DNA of 64,000 bases from the NCBI GenBank assembly GCA_973895155.1, contig OZ316891.1, forward strand, positions 14,601,037 through 14,665,036, in the 5' to 3' direction. Of this stretch, positions 26,889-38,221 are shown piece by piece. Source of the DNA: Marsupella aquatica. Its lineage: Eukaryota > Plantae > Marchantiophyta. Made by a program: the position numbers and the translations under genes. The notes beneath the pieces are model-generated. The model saw only the letters and a list, made by a program, of their open reading frames with translations. It was not told the origin of the DNA and did not search any database. Position 1 is the stretch's first letter, and each line of letters opens with the position of its first letter.

Positions 26889-29800
26889 TCAAAAAAAACT
26901 TGTACTTAAAGAAAGGTCTCGAATGTTAGACAATATTTGCGTCCTGGTGGTTCCAATTTGACGCGCAACATCTACCTGCTGATCTAAAGCCAACATAGGA
27001 TAGTGGCAGAGTAGTTCACAATCCACTATATTGTCAGGTCCTGGTCTATGAGCTTTGCCATCGCATTGAAACTGCCTATATGCCCTTGGATTAAGCCCGC
27101 CCACATGCGGTACAACCTCCACTAGTTTCTTTTGCAGGGTTTGAAGCCTCCTAAATGTTAACTCATCAAGGGGAGCGAGGTAGTCAATACCACCATCCAA
27201 AGTGCCACAGAGGACAGCAAACCTATTTGAGCGATTGCTTGTTCCCGTCGGAAGCATCTGTAGGCGAAGAAACTTGGCAACATGGGCACCCAGATGAAAT
27301 TCTGCTCTAGGAAGTAGCTTTTGCCCTTTCCAGCTCTCCACGCTTTTAGGAGCATAAGAGAAAATCTGTACATTCTTTCGACTATCTGAAACTAGGAGAC
27401 TAAGGGTGCTCCCGTCAATCAGAAACTCACTGGTGAAACAATCCAGTGAAGAAAAGTCCTTGGCCAGACATATTAACTGTGCCCCTTCCTCTTTCCAATT
27501 CAGGAAGTAAATACTCTTATGAAGATCTCCAAATAATACAAAGTTCTTCACAATATTCAGGCTCACAACATAGAGAGGTGCGTCGAAGAATGCAGCACCA
27601 TTTAGTTCGGAGCCATTCCAAGTGTGAAGTATAATTTTAGCACCAATAGCTAGAAGCAGATTACCTTGAATAGCAGCTATTGCGGAAATCGAACCTTTCA
27701 TTTCTTTTGAATACAGCTCTCTGACCGAAACATTTGCTTCGGTTGGGTCTCCTCCAATAGCAACGAGAATAATTCGACCCTTAGCAGGTGTGTCCTCCCC
27801 TTGTGCATAGGCAGTTCCAATTGCGAGTAAATTCTGAGTCACATCCTGATCTACGGTTTTTATTGCAACGACCCTGACGGTGACAGCGTGTTCTTGTTGA
27901 TGCATGGGAAGGGTGCCTTTGGTTTCCCATAGACCTCCAGACTTCGCTTGTCCAATAATGCGCACTTCAAATTCTTCCGCTGAGAATAACTTTTGTGAAT
28001 CTTCACCTACACCAGCACTTTCGTGAAATTGATCACCGCCGTAACCTCCATGTTGTTCACTGGAAACTTTATCAGTAGGAAGCAATACTGTCGATGAAAT
28101 AATCAGGGCATACAAGCCAGAATCAGGGAGGTACGTAATTTGGTGAGGAGTACTCTTAATTGGGATTTTTTGAAGAGGCCAATCATTGTCAAAGTTTAGG
28201 AGTGCTGGGAGCTGACATATCTTGAGAAATCCCTCACTGGTGGCATAGATGAGGCCATGGTTGCAATTTACATTGTGCAACGAAGTGAACGCTAATATAG
28301 CTCCGTCGCAAGACTGGGGATGCACTCGAATTCGCTCTCTACACACCATTAACCAAGCCGGCCTTGCCCCTGTCACGAAAAGTCCCTGGACATTGCCGAC
28401 ATTTTTGAAAGGGACAAACTTTGGACTTATCCCTTGCTCCTCTGCACTCACCCAGTCTATAGGGAGTCTTACAAAATGCAAGTTCGTTGCTGCAGGGGTA
28501 ACTTCCTTGTCATCTAATATTAAATTATCTAGGGTGCTCCCATCCGTATCCTCAAAACTGTACGCATGATAGCACAGCATGGTGCCATCACTCAAAATTG
28601 CAAGTAAAAATGGTCGTCCAAACTTCTGATCCCAAGTCTCCATGGACACATCTGTAACTACAAGCTTCAACTCCTCTTGCAGCTCATGTTCAACATCAGT
28701 ATTGTCCTCAGAACCAGTAGCAGCTCCCTCATTGCCCGGAAATTTATAGTTAGACAAAATTGTCCTCCCATAGGTGAATTTCTTTATGGAAAATATACAA
28801 GAGAAGTCTGGAAGCCCAAAAATTTCAAGGTTTCCACTTTCCCTACATATTATACAATAGACATCAGATTGCGCTCCTTGATTCGAGTGGTCAATGCACC
28901 TCCGCATCCAACAACCAGGAGCCTTGTCCGAAAACAAGGAGCAAGCGGTGATAACACCAGCCGAAGCCTGCAAAACTGAAGGAGACAATCTGTCGAGGCT
29001 TAAGGAATCTTCAACCCCAATCACGAGCTGGGCACTACCAATGTTCGTTTGCAGAATTACGTAAGGATCTGCAACGACCGCAGAAATGATGACCAAGTCT
29101 TCACTTTCAGGACTTTCAGAAGCCTGACTAATGATCGGAACATCCTGCGTCATGATAGCCCCATCTAGAACACGAACCCCTTTAGCGTAAACCTGTAGAA
29201 CTCGCCTCCTCCCAAAAATGTTGCCAGCCAAAATGGTAGGTCCCTCGGTGTAGTATTCGACTGACTCGGTAACTTCTCCTAAAGTTTCTCCTGTTTCCAG
29301 AACCATAGTTCTCGAGTCTAAGCAGATGATAAGATACGCGTGGTACTCTGAATCCTCAGAATGTTGGGATCTAGAGCTTTCCTCAGGGGTGTAATAAACT
29401 GTCCACACACCAGTACAACCCGGAAGATTCTCATCGGTTATGAGGTCAGGACGAATTGATTGATGCAACACAGAAACACTACCATTTTTGCCATGCCCGG
29501 AGCACGTGACAAGTTCATAATTGCTCTGTTTCGCAACGCCTGTGGCTGCTAAGTCTGCGGTTTGGCGCACTCCTTGTGCAAAGTCTCTCAGAGGACCAAT
29601 ATTGATCAGGGAATCACGCACGGCAAACGCAAAGGTTTTCCTCGGATTAGCGTCCAATTTCTCTGGGGAGTACAGCAGGAGCTCGTCAGCGGCATCCTGC
29701 AAATCTGACAGAGAGTTGTGCCGTTGCCTTTTGGTTGCTGGCAAGTCGGTATCGATGTCATTAAACTCTTCCAACTTTCCAACAACTAGTATAGAGCTGT

Positions 29801-31304
29801 TGGAAGAAGGAACAACTGCACCAGAAACACCAGAAGCCAGAGGCGAATACTGGACCAAAAGGCTGTCTCCAAGTCGACTTCCTAGAAAGAAGAAATTGTC
29901 ACCCACCATACACATGCATGAAGCCAGGACGGATGCTCTGGATTTGGACAATTCCAGCTTGTGCACGTTGCGGCCGTCGTAATCCAAGTGGAGAAGAAGT
30001 AGGTTTCCATTCTTCGTTGAGAAAAGTGCAACATCATGTGAAATCCAGGAAACTTGAGCGGCATCCAACTCAACACTGATCTTTGACTTGGGCATCTCAG
30101 GACTTCCTTCCGGCGCCGCTGCAAACTCGTTGAGGGCCAGCACACACGAGGACGACTGATTGTAGTAGTGCAGTGTGTTACCAGCCAGCACAAGGACTCC
30201 TTCAACCGGGGATGGTACCGCTATCAACTTGTAAGCATCGTAAGGGAGGTTGGCGGCAAACCAGAAAACCGTATGCTGCATGAGAGTAGTGTTGATGCTA
30301 AGCGCTGTTATCGAACATGTATGCCGCTTCACCGCTACGCGTCCCGCCCACGTTGGCTCTCTTTCGTGCAGAACTAAAATGACCGGCTCATTATATCCAT
30401 GGAGGAACACAAAATCCTTGACATGTTTCACATCCAAGCTTCTCAAGTTCACGACGTAGGAAGAGGCAACATGGGCACAAACGGAGGAGGGGCCAGAACT
30501 AGCAATATCGTCCTCTTCTTCGAGGCCATATCCAACCTGCGCAGCTCTTAGCACAACCATTTGACAATTGTAGACGAGCACACCAGCGCATCTGCCTATT
30601 GGTTCAGCGCGAATTAACGGCCCCCGGGCAAAACGTTCTCGACCCCGCTTTAAGTGCTCCCATTCAGGACCTTCGAAATAGTGCATTGAGCTGGTTCGCA
30701 AGTTGTGCGTCGAGTCATCAAACTCCAGAACGGAAATTTTAGCATCACGGAAAGCCAGAATGATGGCGTCTCGACACCTCCGGGTGCCCTCATCCTGTCT
30801 GTGCGACAACACGGCCATACTCTCCACGTTGCCATGTAGCCTGTAGCTGCAAGCCAATTCAAGCCAAGCTGCAGATATGCCGTCCATGTCACGGCCTCGC
30901 CGACCCGGTTGCCCCACAGGCACGGGCATCGGCGGGGGCTGCACTGCAGCTGCTGCTGCGTCTCCATTTCCAATAATACCTTTCTCCTCCTCGTCCGCAT
31001 CTTCTGCCGCCTCTTGGCATCGAACGTAATAAACCTCGAGCACATTTGCTTTGCTCACTACAAGATTTGGCAGCGAGCAGCTAACGGCACCAGACAATAC
31101 TCCTCCTTCGAAATCATCCCCTCTACTCTTGCTCCTGTTCAGCCCGGCTGCATAACGTTGTGAAACCAAATCCGCGTCATCCAGCAGCAACGCCTCTCCT
31201 CCTCCCTCGGCTCCTCGGACAACGGGACTATGGGTAAGGAACGCGGACGCACAAGTCTCAACCCCGGTGGGGGAGTGCACCATTTTGAAGGCTGCATAGC
31301 TCAT
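26889..31304 (-). CDS. CPSF160: Cleavage and polyadenylation specificity factor 160-kDa subunit, single exon, 1471 aa
   Basis: Uninterrupted ORF with MSYAAFKMVHSPTG N-terminus, RDAIILAFRDAKISVLEFDDS, FFFLGSRLGDSLLVQY, SCDGAILAFTSLHNVNCNHG and C-terminal PHVGGLNPRAYR...DCELL, typical of plant CPSF160/CPSF1. Confidence 0.97.
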   Translation of the reverse strand: MSYAAFKMVHSPTGVETCASAFLTHSPVVRGAEGGGEALLLDDADLVSQRYAAGLNRSKSRGDDFEGGVLSGAVSCSLPNLVVSKANVLEVYYVRCQEAAEDADEEEKGIIGNGDAAAAAVQPPPMPVPVGQPGRRGRDMDGISAAWLELACSYRLHGNVESMAVLSHRQDEGTRRCRDAIILAFRDAKISVLEFDDSTHNLRTSSMHYFEGPEWEHLKRGRERFARGPLIRAEPIGRCAGVLVYNCQMVVLRAAQVGYGLEEEDDIASSGPSSVCAHVASSYVVNLRSLDVKHVKDFVFLHGYNEPVILVLHEREPTWAGRVAVKRHTCSITALSINTTLMQHTVFWFAANLPYDAYKLIAVPSPVEGVLVLAGNTLHYYNQSSSCVLALNEFAAAPEGSPEMPKSKISVELDAAQVSWISHDVALFSTKNGNLLLLHLDYDGRNVHKLELSKSRASVLASCMCMVGDNFFFLGSRLGDSLLVQYSPLASGVSGAVVPSSNSSILVVGKLEEFNDIDTDLPATKRQRHNSLSDLQDAADELLLYSPEKLDANPRKTFAFAVRDSLINIGPLRDFAQGVRQTADLAATGVAKQSNYELVTCSGHGKNGSVSVLHQSIRPDLITDENLPGCTGVWTVYYTPEESSRSQHSEDSEYHAYLIICLDSRTMVLETGETLGEVTESVEYYTEGPTILAGNIFGRRRVLQVYAKGVRVLDGAIMTQDVPIISQASESPESEDLVIISAVVADPYVILQTNIGSAQLVIGVEDSLSLDRLSPSVLQASAGVITACSLFSDKAPGCWMRRCIDHSNQGAQSDVYCIICRESGNLEIFGLPDFSCIFSIKKFTYGRTILSNYKFPGNEGAATGSEDNTDVEHELQEELKLVVTDVSMETWDQKFGRPFLLAILSDGTMLCYHAYSFEDTDGSTLDNLILDDKEVTPAATNLHFVRLPIDWVSAEEQGISPKFVPFKNVGNVQGLFVTGARPAWLMVCRERIRVHPQSCDGAILAFTSLHNVNCNHGLIYATSEGFLKICQLPALLNFDNDWPLQKIPIKSTPHQITYLPDSGLYALIISSTVLLPTDKVSSEQHGGYGGDQFHESAGVGEDSQKLFSAEEFEVRIIGQAKSGGLWETKGTLPMHQQEHAVTVRVVAIKTVDQDVTQNLLAIGTAYAQGEDTPAKGRIILVAIGGDPTEANVSVRELYSKEMKGSISAIAAIQGNLLLAIGAKIILHTWNGSELNGAAFFDAPLYVVSLNIVKNFVLFGDLHKSIYFLNWKEEGAQLICLAKDFSSLDCFTSEFLIDGSTLSLLVSDSRKNVQIFSYAPKSVESWKGQKLLPRAEFHLGAHVAKFLRLQMLPTGTSNRSNRFAVLCGTLDGGIDYLAPLDELTFRRLQTLQKKLVEVVPHVGGLNPRAYRQFQCDGKAHRPGPDNIVDCELLCHYPMLALDQQVDVARQIGTTRTQILSNIRDLSLSTSFF

Positions 31305-31339
31305 AGATAGATAGATTTAATTGAGAGGGCCAGAGCCGG

Positions 31340-31860
31340 AGACAGACAGAGAGTTGAACGAGAACTCTCTACGCATAGCTCATTGAGAAACACAGAGAGA
31401 CACACAGAGAGATGGAGCGAGAGAGAGTTGAACGAGGACTCTCTAGGTAATGCTACTTGATAGCTTGCTTGAACGGGAGTACTCTGTTCCCGAGCAAAGC
31501 GAGTCTCTATGCATAGCTCATCGATCGAGACTTCCAGAAACGGAAACAGAGAGAGAGAGAGAGAGTAGAACGAGAACTCTCTAGGTAATGCTGCTTGATT
31601 GCTTGCTTGAACGGGAGTACTCTGTTCCCGAGCAAAGCGAGTCTCTATGCATAGCTCATCGATCGAGAGATCCAGAAACGGAGACGCAGAGCAGAGAGAG
31701 AGAGAGGTATGGGCGAGGACTCTCGAGGAAATGCTGCTCGATTCGTTGCTTGAAGGGGAGTACTCTGTTCCCGAGCAAAGCGAGGTTTTGCTCGGGATCT
31801 CAGAGACAGGTCCTGTTGTCCGTGCGAAGGGTGGAGCAAAGCGAGGTTTTGCTCTGCTCT
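31340..31860 (-). repeat. 138-bp tandem repeat in the CPSF160 upstream/leader region containing MSYA* mini-ORFs
   Basis: GCATAGCTCAT (+) ends at 31383, 31521 and 31659. GGGAGTACTCTGTTCCCGAGCAAAGCGAG occurs three times, with GA tracts between units. Confidence 0.88.
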
Positions 31861-33219
31861 GCTGGGGCTCCGGCAGAGAAACAAGTCCTCTTGTCCGTCC
31901 GAAGGGTAGGAGACTAGGACGACGGTGACAGAGTGATGATGGAGGGTGAGCTCTTGTAGTGTCTCTCCGTAGCCCTGAACGCTAAGCGCCCTCTCTGCGA
32001 GCTATTTGCTTATGGGACCTCAAAATGAAAAGACTCATAAGAAGAAAAATATTGCACAAAAAAATCTATATGCTATTTTGGTTAGTTTTTGCTCCATACT
32101 TGTTTTTTGTCCATTCTCATTTCAGTTTTATCTTTATTTAGAGTCCATTCTCATTTCAGTTTTATCTTTATTTAGAGTCAAAGTTTTTGCCTTATCCTTG
32201 TTTTTTGTCCCTTCTCATTTCAGTTTTATCTTTATTTGGAGGAGTCGATGTCACTTTTGTCCATACTAATTTAAAATTTTGACCTTATTGAAACTCATTA
32301 TTAGTTTTGTCTATATGGGGAGTTACAGTCTAAAGGCTTCACTCTAGACCTAGGCCCTTAAGAGTAGGTTTCAGTTAGCACTTTTCTAATAAGATGGCCT
32401 AATGATCACCTTTGCTTGACCTTGAATGGACATACCCAAACCCTGATGGGTCCTATTCACACTTTTCATTTTAGGGTCCGATCACATAAATACCTCACTC
32501 TCTGTTTATGTATGGGATGGGATAATGACCATCTAGGCATAGGATTACTAGGCTTGAATCCTATGATAAGAAAGCTTAGGAAAGAATCGCCGCAATTAAT
32601 GGTGAAACTTTTATGAGCATTCTGGGAGCATGGTTCAAACTAGAAACCCAGCCCTGACGGTCCTTACAGTCTGTAAGTTTAGTACGGAAAAACCTTCTTG
32701 ATCATGATTTTCCCAACAGGAGATTATGGAAATAATTGAGACCCCCAGAAATGGCTACATATAGGTAACCTTCATTCTAAAAACAAAAGGTTTGGCTCGA
32801 GTTTTTAGGGGCTACCATTGCCCATAATGCTCTTACTACAGTTAAAGGAGTGAGATTTATAATTTTTTTTAACTTTAGGAAATACAGGAAAATATTCCTA
32901 AAGAGGTTATCCTTGACCAGGACATTAATGCCCTGAAAAATTCAAAGGGAAATATCAGAAAGGGCATAAAGTGTTTAGGGAGGAATTCCACATTTATGGT
33001 TTAATAAACTTGTAGAGATAAGGGTGTAGGGTAACCCATGGCCTTGGGGGATTATGGGTAGTAAGGAGCAGGGCAGTGAGCCCGAGGAGGTTACACCTAT
33101 GGGCCCATTGTGGCTTATCAAGCTACCGAACTGGAGGGTGAGAGTCACTAGTGGATGAAAAGCTACTTCAGAAGCCTGAATTATATAATGACTAGCTCAA
33201 TACCTGTGCATTGCACAAA

Positions 33220-33715
33220 ATATGTTGAGGTGAAAAAAGAAGTCGAGGTGAGAAAAAGATATCGAGATGAAAAAAGATGTTGATGAGAGAAAAAATATCG
33301 AGGTGAGGAAATGAGGTCAAGGTGAGAAAAATATGGCGATGAGGGAAAAGCTGGTGAGGTGAGAAAAACATGTAAAGATGAGAAAAAGATGTCGATGAGA
33401 GAAAATATATCAAGGTTGAGGGAATGATGTTCTGGTGAAATAAAGAATGATGTCAAAGTGAAAAAAAGATGGCAAGATGAAAAAAACATAAGATGTCAAG
33501 GTGACAAAAATTGTCGAGGAGAATAAAAATGTCAAGAGTGAGAGAACAATGTCAAGTGAGAATAAAATATTGTGGTAAGATAAAGATGTCAATGTGAGAA
33601 AAGATGGCAAGGTGAGAAAAAGATGGCCAGTCAAGGAAAAGATATTGAGGAGAGATAAATATGAGAAGATTAGAAAACCATGTCAAGCTGAAAAAAGATG
33701 TCAAGGCGAGACTTG
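33220..33715. repeat. Degenerate ~20-bp purine-rich tandem array
   Basis: Repeated GAGAAAAAGATGTC(G/A)AGGT-like units, roughly 25 copies. Confidence 0.75.
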
Positions 33716-34337
33716 AAATTATAGGCTTTCCTTGGAATTATAGGCTTTATGATCAAAACATGTTATTTGTGAATTCCGCCATTTCTTTTTACTAGAGAAA
33801 TTAATGCCCGTGTCTTGCACAAAAGATATCAGGACAAGTAAAAGATGTAGAGATGACTTCCTGGGTGAGGTAACTGAAGATGTTGAGGACAGACAAGGAA
33901 ACTATGGCAAGCTAAAGCAATGCAGATGAGAAAAGGGAACTGAGCAAGACAAAGATATTGCATGGTCCAGGCATGGTCTCTATGCGCTTATGGAGGGAGA
34001 ACATTTTCCCATTTTTTCCTTTCTCAAATTTTCCTTTAATTTCCTTTCCCCCTGCCTTCCCTTTGTCTCACTCCCTCACCCCACTCCCTCCCCACTGCCT
34101 CCCTCTCCCCACACCTTTTTTTTTCTTTTCTTTCCCTCCAACATTTTGAAAAACATAAATAAATGGAAGGAAAATTCTAATTAATGCAATGTAAAAAGAA
34201 GAATATTCCACTTCAAAAGTTAATTAACAAAAAGTAAAAAAACTCTCATACCAATGTACTTCTCGTGTAGGGGCTAGATGCCAGAAAGTATTCAAAGTAA
34301 AGTACTATATATTGATGTTAGGTATAGTCAGTACTTT

Positions 34338-34600
34338 GGGGGTGTTATGAGAGTAGAGTACCTACTTTATTGTAAAAGCAAGTATATTGCTTGGACATAT
34401 TTTGAATCAATCCAAGGGTGTACCTTGGGTGTTATGAGAGTATTGTACCTACTTATTGTAAAAGCAAGTATGTTGCTTGGACATATTTTGAATCAATCCA
34501 AGGGTGTACCTTGTGTGTTGTGAGCATCGTGTACCTAATTATTGTAAAGTAACGCAAAGCAAGTATATTGCTTGGACACATTAAAATCAATACAAGGGTG
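34338..34600. repeat. ~86-bp tandem repeat, 3 copies
   Basis: GTGTT(A/G)TGAG at 34342, 34429, 34515, each followed by TTATTGTAAA...GCTTGGACA...AATCAAT..AAGGGTG. Confidence 0.85.
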
Positions 34601-34699
34601 TCAAAAAAATTTCAAAAACTATGGAGTACATATGACACTGTGGTGTTCCCTCATTTTTCGCATTTGTAAACATGCTGCATCAAAACTTTTGGTCAGGAC

Positions 34700-35090
34700 A
34701 GCATATTATGGTGTCTGATGAAAATGTTTGTTGTTGTTGGAAAGGAGACTTCCTCTATTTCTACTACAGGAACCTGTAGTAGAAATGGACAAAGCTTTTG
34801 CTGGGGATAACATATTATAGTGTCAGATGAAAATATTTGCTGTTGCTGCAAAAGAGACTTCCTCTCTTTCTACTATAGGAACCTGTAGTAGAAGTGGACA
34901 ACTTAGTGTCGTGAAAATGTTTGTTGTTGCTGCAAAAGAGACTTCCTCTTTCTACTATAGGAACCTGTAGTAGAAGTGGACAAGTTTAGGACGGGATAAC
35001 ATATTATAGTGTCTGAAGGAAATGTTAGTTTCTGCTGCAAACGAGATTTCCTCTCATTCTGCTGTCGGAACCTGTAGTAGAAGTGGACAT
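34700..35090. repeat. ~108-bp tandem repeat, 4 copies, each with a 30-bp hairpin
   Basis: GAACCTGTAGTAGAA at 34770, 34879, 34961, 35068. The first copy is a perfect 14-bp inverted repeat with a 2-nt loop (34757-34786). Confidence 0.88.
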
Positions 35091-37003
35091 ACTAAGTTCA
35101 GACAGTTGAAAAGGCTAGGGCCAAAATTTCTAGGTAGAATGGAACGCACACGGTAAATGTTCTCTCCCTTCTCGTTTTCGGAACGGGCGTCAGAATCCAA
35201 CCCAGCTATGTTCTCAGTCAATGTAGAGTATAGTACATGGTACCAACGGCACCCCCAAATTCTTACTGTCCAAAGATTTTCGCTTGTCAACGGACCTACA
35301 GAAGACATGGTTAATTTCCTGTTAAGCCTAATGAAAGAGCTGGTGGATTTGATTTCAATTGATTTACACTTCCTCGGTGAACAATCAACTCATAATGCAG
35401 TTTTGGGATTTTCTGTTACATACACAATCCAATTTCGATGTTTTTCTAGATGGCAAGTTCCCTTATGGAAGTAAGCGTAATTGGATAGAGAAGAGCTCCG
35501 AGAACCTTTTCGCACTTCCATTGATTAGCTAGTGAAAAGGCTTCGACTTCAGTCTTACTTACAAAATGAAAAGCCTTACGTTGTATTGTACTTCCGCGTT
35601 CAGTCTACTGCTCCCGGGAAGTATATCAACCTTACTCATCTGCACCATTGTGCATTCGGTGCACCCAAAGTGAGGATGATTGCGATGATTTAAGTCTGCA
35701 AAGTGGAGGACTTCTTCCTATTAAGTTCTTCCGCCTAGAACACTAGTTTGAAAATGAGATTACCAGATTCCTCAATGGTCAAGGCACCAATCACTAGGAA
35801 GACAACAATGCATGCATACTAGAGAAGAAACTAAAATCGCTGTCATGGTGTCCCCAATCCAAACTACACCAGTAGAAAAGAACCTCCATAATAAACACGT
35901 ATAGAGATCCAGCAGACAAGTGATGCTGACTATTGGGTCCATGGTATCTGATTGATACCAATATCTTAAGACAACACACGTGACTACTCACCATTCTCGG
36001 ACCAATTAAGGAACTTTCTTCCATTGACCGCAATTCAAATTTCCGATAACTCCACTAATGCATCTCCCGCACCATCTTTACCCATAATATCATCCGATCA
36101 CGATTTGGAGATTCTCAACAGGCGTGTGTAAGGCGCCCATCCACGGCCCCGAATCAAATAGCACTATCCAGAAGCCGTCGTCACATCTAAGTATCCACGC
36201 ACGCCACATGTTTTGACGGCAATTGACAGAACACCTCCACAACACTGGAACGCTGGTGATATGAAATGCAGACCTTCGAGGACTCTGACAACCTGAACTA
36301 TTTTTTCAAGTTATCCTTGCAGCTGTAACATAACTTCCCGAGAGCACTTGACAGTTTCCGCCACTGATTGGAAGGGTACCCGTCAACAAAGGAGATGCTC
36401 CGAAGGCTACCCAAATCCTCACGTGCACCTCTGAGAAGCTCTCAACAAGTGAGAGGATTCTCAGAAGAGCATCTAATAAGACAGGAGGTCACGAACACCA
36501 CTCTAAACCCTTTCGCCCAAAACTGTGGAATCATACTAATCTCGGAGCTGAAGACTCTAGGCCTACAGCCATACGTGCCGTGGATAATCCAACTACAAAA
36601 AGAAGAGGCAGGCTCCATCACGGTCTACACGAGCGTCCGGCCGAATCATAAGAGAACTTGGCGACTCAGAATGGACGGTACCACATTCGGCCAGTTGGTT
36701 TCAAAAACAGTTTCACCAAACATAGAGCAGCACCTGATGGAAAGACTTGAGCATCTAGTGTACAAGATACAGCTACAAACATGAGTAATCTAGAATGATT
36801 AAGAAGAGTTCAATTGACTCAGAGAAGTAATTTGAGAGGGCGAGTATTGACTACAAAGGCCCCTGGCAAGAATGTAGAAGGGGAATTCGCACTGAACCCC
36901 GAAATTGTAGACATACACCTCATCTCGTTAACAATTTTGGGAGTGTATTCAAAATTGCAGGACACATGGTATTGGTCCATGGATTATAGCGCTTACAAAA
37001 GAA

Positions 37004-38221
37004 CTAATCCACGTCTTGTAGAGGAGGAGCAACATCTGCTTCCGAGAACTTTCCCTTGCCCTTTTCGGCGGCTCTACCCTTGCCCTTCCTGTCGAGGAGA
37101 GCTTTTCTATCCTTATCTAACTTCAACTTGGTAATCACCACCTTCGAAGGGTCAATACCCACATTCACAGTGGCTCCTACACATTTACATAAATAAAGTT
37201 GCGCTCAGTATAGCTGATTTCCGCCAGAAAGCAAACTTCTAGTACTCCTCAGAAGATCCAATTTTTAGACATTCATCACAAGTAGGTGAAGGGTGGGAGG
37301 TAAGACTCACCGTTCACCTTCTCGCGGGTGATACGTTCAACATGGATCACCCATTTTCGACGGTACACAGTTACGACCTTGCCTTCGCGACCCTTGAAAG
37401 TTCCCCGCACAACCTGGACTTCGTCATCCTTCCTGATTGGAACGGATCGGACCTGAGAGCACAGAAACCCTAATTATCAGCCCATATCTTGGTTGGATGG
37501 ACACAGCGTTGTACGAAGGTTTCATAATTGCCACCACAATAAGTCTTGCAGCGGCTAGGACCATGAGAATAGACACGAATTCCATCAGTGTTGGCAACTG
37601 AAACCATAACCCAGCTTATTTATGATCACGATGTTGAGGAACGGAGCGGAGTGCGTCCTCGTCGAACAAGTTCAAGTTCAGTAGGAAACTGAGGTGAAAA
37701 AATATAGTTCCACTGCTTCGTCAACTTTGCTGGATACCCGTGACCCCTAATTCAAAATTCGCTTTGGGCTCCAAACATAACCGTTGAACATGTTGTGCTG
37801 GAATAATAGAGATGAACGAAGGACAAGAAAGACAGCACTCACATTGTACTTGTTCTTCAAATCTGATGAAAGAGCAGCGCTCATCAACACGCGCCTCACG
37901 CTGGAGGGGGCGCTGAAATGTGCCCTCCTGGACTTGCGTCTCGAACTGCTAACTCCTGCCAACATAAATCAGGAGGAGGATTCAACAGGACATCAATGTA
38001 CACCCTTCCAGCAGCAAGTATCTCAAATACAAATCACTTCACATCTTTCCAGTCCAACCTCCACAAATGTGCGGCTGACTGTCTGAACCAGCATTCCATT
38101 TCATTACATTCATTGAAAACAAAAACCAAAAAAACTCCGAAACTGAGCTAGCAAAAATCACGGACGAGCACGAACGAGCACGAACGAGAGGTTCCTTCCA
38201 CTTACTCGGATTGTACTTCAT
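37004..38221 (-). CDS. RPL26: 60S ribosomal protein L26 (uL24), 4 exons
   Basis: Exons 38221-38206, 37955-37843, 37452-37311, 37176-37004 with GT-AG borders give [32 protein letters not shown]...[21 protein letters not shown]...[20 protein letters not shown]...VD*. Confidence 0.97.

Noticed and set aside
34757-35085. ATTTCTACT...GTAG hairpin resembling a Cas12a CRISPR direct repeat
   Set aside because: The sequences between hairpins are copies of one another, not unique spacers. There are no cas genes and the context is a plant nuclear genome.
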